A stretch of 64,000 nt of DNA from Planctomycetota bacterium (GTDB lineage Bacteria; Planctomycetota; UBA1135; UBA2386), in contig JBKAGP010000001.1 in assembly GCA_046290465.1 (NCBI GenBank), positions 5,600,001-5,664,000 on the forward strand, in the 5' to 3' direction. The notes beneath the pieces are model-generated. The model ran no database searches and was not told the origin of the DNA. It saw only the letters and a program-made list of their open reading frames with translations. The position numbers were made by a program, and so were the translations under genes. Below, piece by piece: positions 20,422-28,896 of this stretch (position 1 is the first letter of the stretch; each line of letters opens with the position of its first letter).

Positions 20422-23223
20422 CTATTCGTCGTCGCCCTTCTTGCTGGCTGCCTTCTTGGCGGTCTTCTTGCTGGCCTTCTTGGCGGTCGTCTTCTTCGCA
20501 GCCTTCTTGGTCGCCTTCTTCTTGGCGGCCTTCTTCTTGGCCTTCTTCTTCTTCTTCGCCGGGCCCTTCGCGGCGCGCGCATCGATCAGTTCGACCGCGC
20601 GGGCCAGCGACAGCTCGTCCGGGTTCTCGCCCTTGGGCAGCGACGCGTTGGTGGTGCCGTCGGAGACATACGGACCGTAGCGACCGTCGAAGAGCTTGAT
20701 CATCTCCTTCGACTCGGGGTGCTCGCCGATCTCCTTCTTCGGCTGCGCCGCGGCGCGGCGGCCGCGCTGCTTCGGCTCGGAGAACAGCTTGATCGCCTCC
20801 TCCATCGTGAACGTCAGCGGCGAACCGCCGGCCGGGATGCTGCGCGTGTCGCTGCCCCACTTGAGGTAGGGGCCGAAGCGGCCGTTGGCCGCGAGCAGCG
20901 GCAGCTCGTCCGGCTCTTCGGCGAGCGGCGGCTTGCCGACGCCGACCGTGCGCGGCAGCGCCAGCGTCGCCAGCGCCTGCTCGAGCGTCACCGTCTCCGG
21001 ATCCATGTCCTTCAGGAGGCTGGCCATCTTCGGCTTGTCCTCCTTCTTGAGCTTCTTGCCCTTGGGCACCTCGGGGGTCTCGCCGAGCTGGAAGTAGGGG
21101 CCGAAGCGGCCGACCCGCAGGTAGACCTTCAGGCCGGTCTCCGGATCCTCGCCGAGTTCCTTCGGCCCATCGCCGCCCTTCTGGATCAGCTCGATCGCGC
21201 GCGCCAGCGTCAGTTCGTCCGGCGGCGTCTCGTCCGGCACCGGCGCGTTCTTGTCGCCGCACGACAAGAACGGTCCGTAGCGGCCGACGCGCACCTCGAC
21301 CAGTTCGCCGTCCTCGTTGTTGCCGAGCGGGATCGAGCAGATCTGGCGCGGGTCGATGTCGTCCTGCACCGCGCCGATGCGGTCCTGCAGGCCGGGTGAG
21401 CCGTTGCCGAGGTAGAAGTGCTTGAGGTAGTCGGTGCGGTTGGCCTTGCCGTTGCTGATCTCGTCGAGGTCGTCCTCCATCTTGGCGGTGAACGTGTAGT
21501 CGACCAGCCAGCCGAGGTACTGCGCGAGCAGGTCGACGACCGCGAACGCGGTGAACGTCGGCACCAGCGCGGAGCCCTTCTTCCAGACGTACTGGCGCCG
21601 CACGATCGTCTCGATGATCGCCGCGTAGGTCGACGGGCGGCCGATGCCGCGCGCCTCGAGCTCCTTGATCAGGCCGGCCTCGGTGATGCGGCCGGGCGGC
21701 TGGGTGGTGTGGCCGGACGGCGCGAACTCCTTCGCGTCGGCCCGGTCGCCCTCCTGCAGGTTGGGCAGCACGCGCTCGGCGTCGGCCTTGGCGTTCTCGG
21801 CGTCGACCTCGTCGAGGTCCTCGACGTAGGCGAGCCGGTAGCCGGCGAAGTCGACGGTCTTGCCGGTCGCGGTGAAGCGCGCCTCGCCGTGCTCGTCCGA
21901 CTGCATCGTCAGCGACATCGTGGTGCGCTGGCCGCGCGCGTCCTTCATCTGGCACGCGACGGTGCGGCGCCAGATCAGGTCGTAGAGCTTGCGCTCGTCG
22001 TCGCCCATGTCGGCCGACAGGTCGTTCGGGTGCGTGAACGAGTCGCCGGCGGGGCGGATCGCCTCGTGCGCCTCCTGCGCGTTCTTGACCTTGGTCGCGT
22101 AGCTGCGCGGCTCGTCGGGCAGGTAGCCCTTGCCGAACTCGCCCTCGATCAACGTGCGCGCGGCGGCGATCGCCTGGGTCGACAGCGTGGTCGAGTCCGT
22201 GCGCATGTAGGTGATGAAGCCGTTCTCGTAGAGGCGCTGGGCGGCGCGCATCGTGCGCTGCGCGGCGAACCGCAGCTTGCGCGCGGCCTCCTGCTGCAGC
22301 GTCGACGTCGTGAACGGCGGGTAGGGGCGCTCGGTGTAGGGCTTCTGGTCGACCTTGACGACCTCGGCGTTGCCCGCGGCGAACTCGTCGGCGAGCGAGC
22401 GCGCGACCGCCTCGGGCAGGACCGCGACCTCGCCGCCGTCCTTGAGCTTGCCGCCGTCCTTCAGCTTGCCGGTCTCCTGCTCGAAGTCGCGGCCGGTCGC
22501 GACCCGCCTGCCGCCGATCGAGTGCAGGTTGGCCGGGAACGCGATCGCGTCGGCGCCGTCGCCTTCGCTGCCGGCGAACGTCGCCTCGAGCGTCCAGTAG
22601 TCGGCCGGCACGAAGCGCATGCGTTCGCGTTCCCGCTCGACGATCAGCCGCACGGCCACCGACTGCACGCGGCCGGCCGAGAGCTTCGGCCGCACCTTCT
22701 TCCACAGCAGTGGCGATACGGTGTAGCCGTAGAGTCGGTCGACCAGGCGGCGCGTCTCCTGGGCCTCGACGAGGTCCATGTCGATCTCGCGCGGCGACTC
22801 CAACGCCTTGAGGATGGCGGACTTGGTGATCTCGTGGAAGACCAGGCGCTTGGTCTCGCACTTCGGCTTCAGCTCCTCGAGCAGGTGCCACGAGATCGAC
22901 TCTCCCTCGCGGTCTTCATCGGTCGCGAGGTACAGCGTCGGCGCGTCCTTGACCATCGCCTTCAGCTTCTTCAGGTGGTCCTTCTTCTCGGCCGGGACCA
23001 CGTAGAGCGCCTTGAACTCGTCCTCGACGTCGATGCCGAGCTTGGCCCACTTCTCGCCCTTGAGCCGGGCGGGGACCTCGCTGGCGGTGCTCGGGAGGTC
23101 GCGGATGTGGCCGATGCTGGCTTCGATCCGGTAGTCCGAGCCCAGGTACTTGGCGATCGTCCGCGCCTTGGCGGGCGACTCGACGATCACGAGCGGGGTT
23201 CCTGCTTGCTTCTTCTGGGCCAT
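20422..23223 (-). CDS. topA: DNA topoisomerase I (type IA) with Topo-C repeats and Lys/Ala-rich tail
   Basis: IVESPAKA, ATDEDREGE, SAGRVQS, ITYMRTD (catalytic Tyr), QEAHEAIRP, GIGRPSTY; GRFGPY repeats; KKAAKK tail. Confidence 0.98.
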   Translation of the reverse strand: MAQKKQAGTPLVIVESPAKARTIAKYLGSDYRIEASIGHIRDLPSTASEVPARLKGEKWAKLGIDVEDEFKALYVVPAEKKDHLKKLKAMVKDAPTLYLATDEDREGESISWHLLEELKPKCETKRLVFHEITKSAILKALESPREIDMDLVEAQETRRLVDRLYGYTVSPLLWKKVRPKLSAGRVQSVAVRLIVERERERMRFVPADYWTLEATFAGSEGDGADAIAFPANLHSIGGRRVATGRDFEQETGKLKDGGKLKDGGEVAVLPEAVARSLADEFAAGNAEVVKVDQKPYTERPYPPFTTSTLQQEAARKLRFAAQRTMRAAQRLYENGFITYMRTDSTTLSTQAIAAARTLIEGEFGKGYLPDEPRSYATKVKNAQEAHEAIRPAGDSFTHPNDLSADMGDDERKLYDLIWRRTVACQMKDARGQRTTMSLTMQSDEHGEARFTATGKTVDFAGYRLAYVEDLDEVDAENAKADAERVLPNLQEGDRADAKEFAPSGHTTQPPGRITEAGLIKELEARGIGRPSTYAAIIETIVRRQYVWKKGSALVPTFTAFAVVDLLAQYLGWLVDYTFTAKMEDDLDEISNGKANRTDYLKHFYLGNGSPGLQDRIGAVQDDIDPRQICSIPLGNNEDGELVEVRVGRYGPFLSCGDKNAPVPDETPPDELTLARAIELIQKGGDGPKELGEDPETGLKVYLRVGRFGPYFQLGETPEVPKGKKLKKEDKPKMASLLKDMDPETVTLEQALATLALPRTVGVGKPPLAEEPDELPLLAANGRFGPYLKWGSDTRSIPAGGSPLTFTMEEAIKLFSEPKQRGRRAAAQPKKEIGEHPESKEMIKLFDGRYGPYVSDGTTNASLPKGENPDELSLARAVELIDARAAKGPAKKKKKAKKKAAKKKATKKAAKKTTAKKASKKTAKKAASKKGDDE

Positions 23224-23245
23224 GCGGTGGTGGGGATCCGGCGTC

Positions 23246-23275
23246 TTGTTAGGGGGCGCGGCGCGGGGCTGTCAA
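23246..23275 (-). promoter_or_regulatory. Putative sigma70 promoter of topA
   Basis: Minus-strand TTGACA (23275-23270), 18-bp GC-rich spacer, TAACAA (23251-23246). Confidence 0.55.
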
Positions 23276-23462
23276 GGATGGGGTGGGGAAGTGGCGGGGC
23301 GGTGGGGTCGGGGCGGTGGGGGGCGTGGTGAGCGTAGGGTGTTGTCGGGTCGTGGGGTGGTGATCTGGGAACGCTGCTGCACGGTGTTCTGCAGGGAGGC
23401 TCGGACCGCGGGAATCGGGGAATCCGTGCCACCGCGCGGCGGCTGGTGTCCCCGAAGACTGT

Positions 23463-24320
23463 GTGCAGCAGTGTTCGGCGGGCAAGGTCTGGCAGCGTCG
23501 CCAGCCGGAGGCGACGACCCTCAATCAGGTCGTGCGATCGGAATGGGCGACGTTTGTGGCGGGCGTCGAGGCAGGCGAACGCAGCGTGCCGCGATTCTGT
23601 CTGCGGGAGGCCGAGGGCTACCTGCGCTGCGGCATGCTCCAGCACGGCTTCGCGCGGGTGCGCTGTGTCGACTGCTGCAAGGATGACGTCGTGGCGTTTT
23701 CTTGGAAGCTGTGCCGCTACGCGGCGCGTCCGTCGGTTGCGGAGAGCCGGCTGTCGCTGCTGCCGGATCGTCGGGTGTGCTACGAGCTGAAGCGAAGGTG
23801 GCGCTGCGGCACGACGCACGTGGTGATGAAGCCCGAGGTGTTGATGCAGCGGCTGGTGGCGTTGGTTCCACGTCCGCGACGGCACCTGATGAAGTAGCAC
23901 GGGGTGCTGGCGCCGGCGTCGGGGTTGCGTTCGCGGATCGTGCCGGTGCCATTTCGTGGAGGGGCGTGAGGGTGATGATGGGAGTGGTGTCGGGGGAGAC
24001 CGCTCAGCGGACGATTTCGGTCGAATGGCGGCTGAAGCTGACGACGCGGCGTGCCGTCGTCTACCGGGGCGAACGCGGCGGGTGGTGCCGCATGCGCCAG
24101 GTCGCCGGCGCCGTGGTGGTGCGGATGCGCATGGACTGCAGCGCCGGTATCCGTGGGCCGAGCTGCTACGGCGGGTGTTCGAGGTGGATGTGCTGGTGTG
24201 CCCGCACTGCGGAGGGCAGCGGCGGTTGCTCGCTGCGATCCAGGATCCCGGGGCGATCGTGCGCGTGGTGCGGGCGATGCGGTTGCCGGTCGAAGCGCCG
24301 GAGATCGTGCCGGCGGGGGG
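23463..24320 (+). mobile_element. Decayed IS91-family (rolling-circle Y2) transposase remnant
   Basis: Zn-binding N-terminus (YLRCGMLQHGFARVRCVDC..VAFSWK) joined directly to LCRYAARP...RLVALVPRPRRHLMK*HGVLAP; premature stop at 23895; after a frameshift WAELLRRVFEVDVLVCPHCGG. Confidence 0.88.
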
Positions 24321-24400
24321 GGGAGGTAGGGTCCCGTCGTCGCGCACACCGGGCGGCGGTCGCCCGGAGGAACGCGACGAACTACAAAGAAGGAGACCCC

Positions 24401-24748
24401 ATGAAGCGAACCATCCTCGCTTTGCTTGTGAGCATGTTTCCGTTCATCGCGTTCGGCGCGACTGCCCGTTGCCAAGCCGGCGGTGAAGCGTTTTCGAACG
24501 AGGTGACGGCCGGGACTGGTGAGACGACGATCAACTCCTCGTCTTCGCCCAGCAAGGACTTCACCGTGGAGGAGATCTACTGGTTCGACACGCAGGATCA
24601 GCGGTGGAAGCCTTGCGAGGACTGGGAGTTCGCCACGACTCCCGCGGGAGCGCACGATGAGCACGCCTCGGTGTTCTCAATGGCCTTCAGAAGGACAGGA
24701 AGTACAAGATCAAGTACTCCTGGACGACGTCGCAGCAACCGAACGTGA
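24401..24748 (+). CDS. Secreted hypothetical protein, possibly frameshifted
   Basis: AAGAAGGAG SD, signal peptide MKRTILALLVSMF...ATARCQ; atypical codon usage. Confidence 0.6.
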   Translation: MKRTILALLVSMFPFIAFGATARCQAGGEAFSNEVTAGTGETTINSSSSPSKDFTVEEIYWFDTQDQRWKPCEDWEFATTPAGAHDEHASVFSMAFRRTGSTRSSTPGRRRSNRT

Positions 24749-24765
24749 CCATCAGTACCTTCGTG

Positions 24766-25395
24766 ATGTCGCCTCGCGCCTCCACCTTGCTCCTCACCCT
24801 GCTCGCCGGCTCCGTCGGCGGTGTCGTAGCGCTCAGCTTGGGGAGTTTCGTTGGTGGAGGCGCGCCCTCAGACCCCTCTGAGGCGTCTAGTGGAGCCAGG
24901 ACGGCTGATTTCCAGATGACCTTGCGGGATGAGATCGTCGGCTTGCGTCGCGACCTCGCCGACATCTCCATACGGTCGCAGGAGTCTCCAACCGGAGGTG
25001 CTCCGCTGCGGACCGCGGTTGGTTCCGATCTGCAGGGCCTCGAGGCCAAGATCTCCGAAGTGCTGAAGGCGATCGATGCGCTCGCGCAACGGAGTGGCTT
25101 CGACGCCGCGGAGGTTGCGACGGCCAGCTTGCAGAACCCGGTACCGAACGCCGTTGCCGTCAGATCCCTCCATGATGCAATGGAGCAAGATGCCGACGCT
25201 GGCAGGCGAGAGACCCATCAGGGTTGGCTGCTGACCTCGATGGCGGAGGTCGTCAGGCGGTTGGGTAGTCCGCACAACATCCTGCCGGAGGCGGGATCGG
25301 GGACCTCCCGTCAGCGTTGGGAGTACTTCGTCGACGAGGATCGCGCAGTCATCGTCACCTTCGAGAATGGTCTGGTGACGTCACTGGACAACTGA
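24766..25395 (+). CDS. Hypothetical membrane-anchored protein with C-terminal SmpA/BamE-like motif
   Basis: N-terminal TM, coiled segment, C-terminal SMAEVVRRLGSP...WEY...IVTFENGLV. Confidence 0.6.
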   Translation: MSPRASTLLLTLLAGSVGGVVALSLGSFVGGGAPSDPSEASSGARTADFQMTLRDEIVGLRRDLADISIRSQESPTGGAPLRTAVGSDLQGLEAKISEVLKAIDALAQRSGFDAAEVATASLQNPVPNAVAVRSLHDAMEQDADAGRRETHQGWLLTSMAEVVRRLGSPHNILPEAGSGTSRQRWEYFVDEDRAVIVTFENGLVTSLDN

Positions 25396-25430
25396 CGTGT
25401 CGCGGATTGGCGCCGCCCCTACCGCCGTGT

Positions 25431-25661
25431 CTAGTCCCCGAAGGCCTTTATCGGCACCGGCATCACGACGTAGCTCATCAACGGCACCACGATCGCCGTG
25501 ACGATCATCGTGATCACCGGCAGCGCGCAGTGCTCGAGCAGCGTCGGCAGCAGCAGCCACAGCACGAACGCGATGGTCGGGTAGATCCCGACCCACGTCA
25601 GCAGCACCAGCTTGTGCGGGTTGGGCGGCCGCGGCGGCTGCGCGTCGGTGGGAACGCTCAT
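25431..25661 (-). CDS. Small two-TM membrane protein (COG3224 C-terminal-like)
   Basis: PPNPHKLVLLTWVGIYP...TAIVVPLMSYVVMP pattern; C-terminus may be truncated. Confidence 0.6.
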   Translation of the reverse strand: MSVPTDAQPPRPPNPHKLVLLTWVGIYPTIAFVLWLLLPTLLEHCALPVITMIVTAIVVPLMSYVVMPVPIKAFGD

Positions 25662-26206
25662 CGCGTCACGGCCAAGTCGGCACCGATCACCGGTGCACGA
25701 ACTCCGCCTTCACCTTCGGGCCGTTCTGCATGCAGTTGTCGACGCCGATGCGCATGTCCTCGGTGCCGCACGCCGAAGCACTTGCCCTCGAACGGCACCG
25801 CGTCCTGCAGCGGCAGCTTCGCCGCGCCGAGGGTCGCCTTCTGCAGGATCTCGTCGACCTTCTTCGAGCGGTGGCCGATGTCGACCGCCGGCAGCGTGTC
25901 CGGCACATTGGCCATCGGGCCCTCGTCCATGCGCGAACGCTCCGCCTTGCCGTCGGCCATGTCATGCGCCAGCTCGACCGCGCGGTCGACCAGGTCGCCC
26001 TCGACCTCCTCGCGGGTCAGCCCGAACGCCAGCGCCTGCTCCGAGCTGATCGGCCGGCACGTGCGCAGCAGCGTCTCGAGTTCGGCGCGCAGCTCGGTGT
26101 CGTCGCCGCAGGCGCGGTCGAGGAACGGCGCCCGGTCCGCCTGGGCGAGCTCGGACGCCTCGGCGAACAGCTCGATCAGTCGTTCCTGGCGATGGGGGGC
26201 GGTCAT
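25658..26206 (-). pseudogene. Chimeric pseudogene: Ser/Thr kinase N-terminal cap fused to an enoyl-CoA hydratase/3-hydroxyacyl-CoA dehydrogenase C-terminus
   Basis: ELFAEASEL...RAPFLDRACGDDTELRAELETLL, then RTCRPISSEQALAFGL...FEGKCFG, frameshift near 25771 to CGTEDMRIGVDN...KAEFVHR. Confidence 0.7.
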
Positions 26207-26430
26207 CGGACGGGCGGGAGGATGCGGGACCTTACCTGGGATCGGGGGGCGGCAGGAAGCGGGGGCGCAGCGGTGCCGCCCCGTGCGCACATCCGCACTC
26301 CCGGTCGCCGCTGCGACATCGAACGCGCGGATCGTGAAGGTTTCGGACGTTGCCCTCCTGCAAGGACTTGCGAGATAGGGTTCGGCCGTCGACGAGCCGC
26401 CCTGGCGGCTCTGCCGGCGACTGCGGACGG

Positions 26431-26490
26431 GTTACGGTCCGCCAACCGCCGGTTCGTCGACGGGTAACGTCGCCTTAACGGATTCTGAAT
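26431..26490 (+). promoter_or_regulatory. 11-bp-period direct repeats (Pho-box/OmpR-family-like site)
   Basis: GTTAC 26431, CCAAC 26442, GTAAC 26464, TTAAC 26475, TGAAT 26486. Confidence 0.5.
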
Positions 26491-26573
26491 ATAGCGGCCT
26501 ACCTTCTTCCGCGTCTCAGGGGCACGCCGGCAGGCGGTCCTTTTCACCAATAGAAACCCCTCCAGCTTCCATA

Positions 26574-28532
26574 ATGAACCGTCTCAACCTCATGGTCGTC
26601 GGCCTCGCCATCTCGGCGGCCGCCTCGGCCCAGTCGATCACCGGCGCGAACGGTGTGAACCACACGGCGCCGTTCAACGGCTCGATCACCCTCGACCCGG
26701 CGAACAACCCGCACGTCCTCAACGGCGACATCTACATCGAGCCGGGCGCGACCCTGACGATCCTGCCGGGTGTGCGCTTCGAGAGCTCGGCGAACAGCAC
26801 GCTCGCGATCACCCGCGGCGCGCAGATCTTCGCCGAGGGCACCAAGGACGCCCCGATCGTCTTCACGTCCAACCAGGACACCGGCGTCTACCGCCAGGAC
26901 GCCAACAACGAGTGGGGCAACCTGACGGTGATGGGCTCGGGCTACATCTCGGAAGACGAGACGGCCACCAACACGGCGACCCCGTCGGCCTCGAACTTCG
27001 CCGACATGGAAGGTCTGACCCCGGCCAACGTCAGCTTCAACGACTACGGTGGTGGGGACGACAACGAGAACAGCGGCACGATTGCCTACTGCTCGTTCTC
27101 GTACGGCGGCATCGCGTCGATCCCGGGCAAGGAGCTGAACGGCCTCTCGCTCGGCGGCATCGGCCGCGGCACCGACATCCACCACGTCGAGATCCTCAAC
27201 AACATCGACGACGGCATCGAGGTCTGGGGCGGCACCGTCAACCTCAGCTACATCTCGATCTGGAACATCGGTGACGACAGCCTCGACATCGACCAGGGCT
27301 GGCGCGGCAAGGCCCAGTTCGGCCTGATCGTGCAGGGCGCCTCGAACCAGGGCTCGCAGGGCTCGGGCTTCGGCGACAACGCGATGGAGATCGACGGTGC
27401 CGAGCGCTGCGACTGGCAGCCGGTCACGACCTGCGCCATCCACAACTTCACCGTCATCGGCGGTGGCATCCCGTCGGGCGTCAACCCGACCGACGAGCTG
27501 GTCGAGTTCCGCGACAACTCGCGCGTGCAGTTCCTGAACTGCATCTTCATGGATGCCGGCAAGGAAGTGATCAACGACAAGGTGACCGATGGTGAGGTCA
27601 ACAACAACACCACGGTCTGTGGCGCCGGCTCGGCCGTCCCGCAGATGGTCGCCCGCATGACCACCCCGGCGACGTCGACCTACGCCGTCAACCCGTTCGC
27701 CAACCCGGCGGCCGCCTACCAGGCGCAGAACCCGGCCGGCAACCTGGTCGAGTTCCGTGGCTGCCTCTACTACAACAACAACTCGAGCTCGGCCTACACC
27801 GAGGCCCTCGGCTACGGCGTCTTCTCGTCGGCCCCGCTCGCCGGCACCAACCACGCGAACAACGACTTCGCGCTGACGATGCCGATCACGACCCGCACCC
27901 GCTCGGCCACGACCTTCATCGGCTCGGGCAGCGGCAACCACGGCGTGAACCCGATCACGTTCCTCGATCCGACCCCGACCGGTGCCGCCCTGGCGGTCGC
28001 CGAAGTCAGCCCGAACGACGGCTTCTTCCGCTCGGCCCCGTACTGCGGTGGCTTCGCCCCGGGCAACAACTGGCTGATGGGCTGGACCCGCACGAGCGTC
28101 TACGGCCTGACCAACCAGCGCAGCGCCGGCTCGAACGAGCCGATCCACGGCACCGAGCGCTCGGGCGCCGCGGGTCACCCGGTGCTCTACACGACCGGCA
28201 ACTGGGCTGCTGGCACCAACGTCACGCAGACGCTGGACTACCTGCCGCTCGGTGTCGGCTTCATCCTGTTCAGCACGCAGCCGGCCAACCCGGTCGATCC
28301 GTGCGCCGGCCTCCCGCTGGGCGGCCTGTTCGGCCTCGACTCGCTGGTCCCGAACAACCTGACCGGACTGATCACGGTCGTCACGGGCACCCCGGGCGGC
28401 GCCGGCAGCTACGGCTTCACCATGGTGCCGGGTTTCGCGGGCTCGACGTTCTACTCGCAGGGCTTCGGCTTCGACCCGAGCGTGCCGACGGGCGAGTTCA
28501 CCAGCTCGAACGCGCAGCGTCACAACCTCTAG
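26574..28532 (+). CDS. Secreted parallel beta-helix-like protein associated with a TonB-dependent receptor
   Basis: Signal peptide ..ASAQ; IEPGATLTILPG, AEGTKDAPIVFTS, WGNL, NSGTIAY, ELNGLSLGGIGRGT, DDGIEVWGGTVN, DDSLDIDQGW; C-terminal extra domain. Confidence 0.8.
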   Translation: MNRLNLMVVGLAISAAASAQSITGANGVNHTAPFNGSITLDPANNPHVLNGDIYIEPGATLTILPGVRFESSANSTLAITRGAQIFAEGTKDAPIVFTSNQDTGVYRQDANNEWGNLTVMGSGYISEDETATNTATPSASNFADMEGLTPANVSFNDYGGGDDNENSGTIAYCSFSYGGIASIPGKELNGLSLGGIGRGTDIHHVEILNNIDDGIEVWGGTVNLSYISIWNIGDDSLDIDQGWRGKAQFGLIVQGASNQGSQGSGFGDNAMEIDGAERCDWQPVTTCAIHNFTVIGGGIPSGVNPTDELVEFRDNSRVQFLNCIFMDAGKEVINDKVTDGEVNNNTTVCGAGSAVPQMVARMTTPATSTYAVNPFANPAAAYQAQNPAGNLVEFRGCLYYNNNSSSAYTEALGYGVFSSAPLAGTNHANNDFALTMPITTRTRSATTFIGSGSGNHGVNPITFLDPTPTGAALAVAEVSPNDGFFRSAPYCGGFAPGNNWLMGWTRTSVYGLTNQRSAGSNEPIHGTERSGAAGHPVLYTTGNWAAGTNVTQTLDYLPLGVGFILFSTQPANPVDPCAGLPLGGLFGLDSLVPNNLTGLITVVTGTPGGAGSYGFTMVPGFAGSTFYSQGFGFDPSVPTGEFTSSNAQRHNL

Positions 28533-28554
28533 TCCTCAGGACGGGAGTCTGACC

Positions 28555-28605
28555 ACCGCGGCAGGCGGGTGGCGGCATCGGCCGCTGCCCGCCTGTTGCG
28601 GTTTT
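28555..28605 (+). terminator. Intrinsic terminator after the beta-helix gene
   Basis: 22-bp stem ACCGCGGCAGGCGGGTGGCGGC / GCCGCTGCCCGCCTGTTGCGGT (GU pairs) followed by TTT. Confidence 0.75.
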
Positions 28606-28896
28606 GCGTCGCGCAGCGGGTCACCACTGCATCCGCATCTTGTGCCCGAAGTTGATGTCTGCAATGGCCTTGTGGTGCTCCGTCGAGGCTGCGCAGGGCT
28701 CTACCGCCAATCGACACGGAGTCTTAACCAAATCTACACGCGGCGAACTAGGGTGCTTGGCCGCGGAGCTCCGGTGCCCACCGAAGCCCGTCCTGCAACC
28801 CTCCCCTTAGCCACAGCCGCTTCCCCGCAGCACGTCGCCGCCGTCCGCCGTCCCCTCGGCGATCGGGTCCCGTCGGGCCGCGCGGGCCTCCGCCAG

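Noticed and set aside
24330..25460. Integron cassette array
   Set aside because: No attC-like RYYYAAC...GTTRRRY inverted structures and no integrase seen
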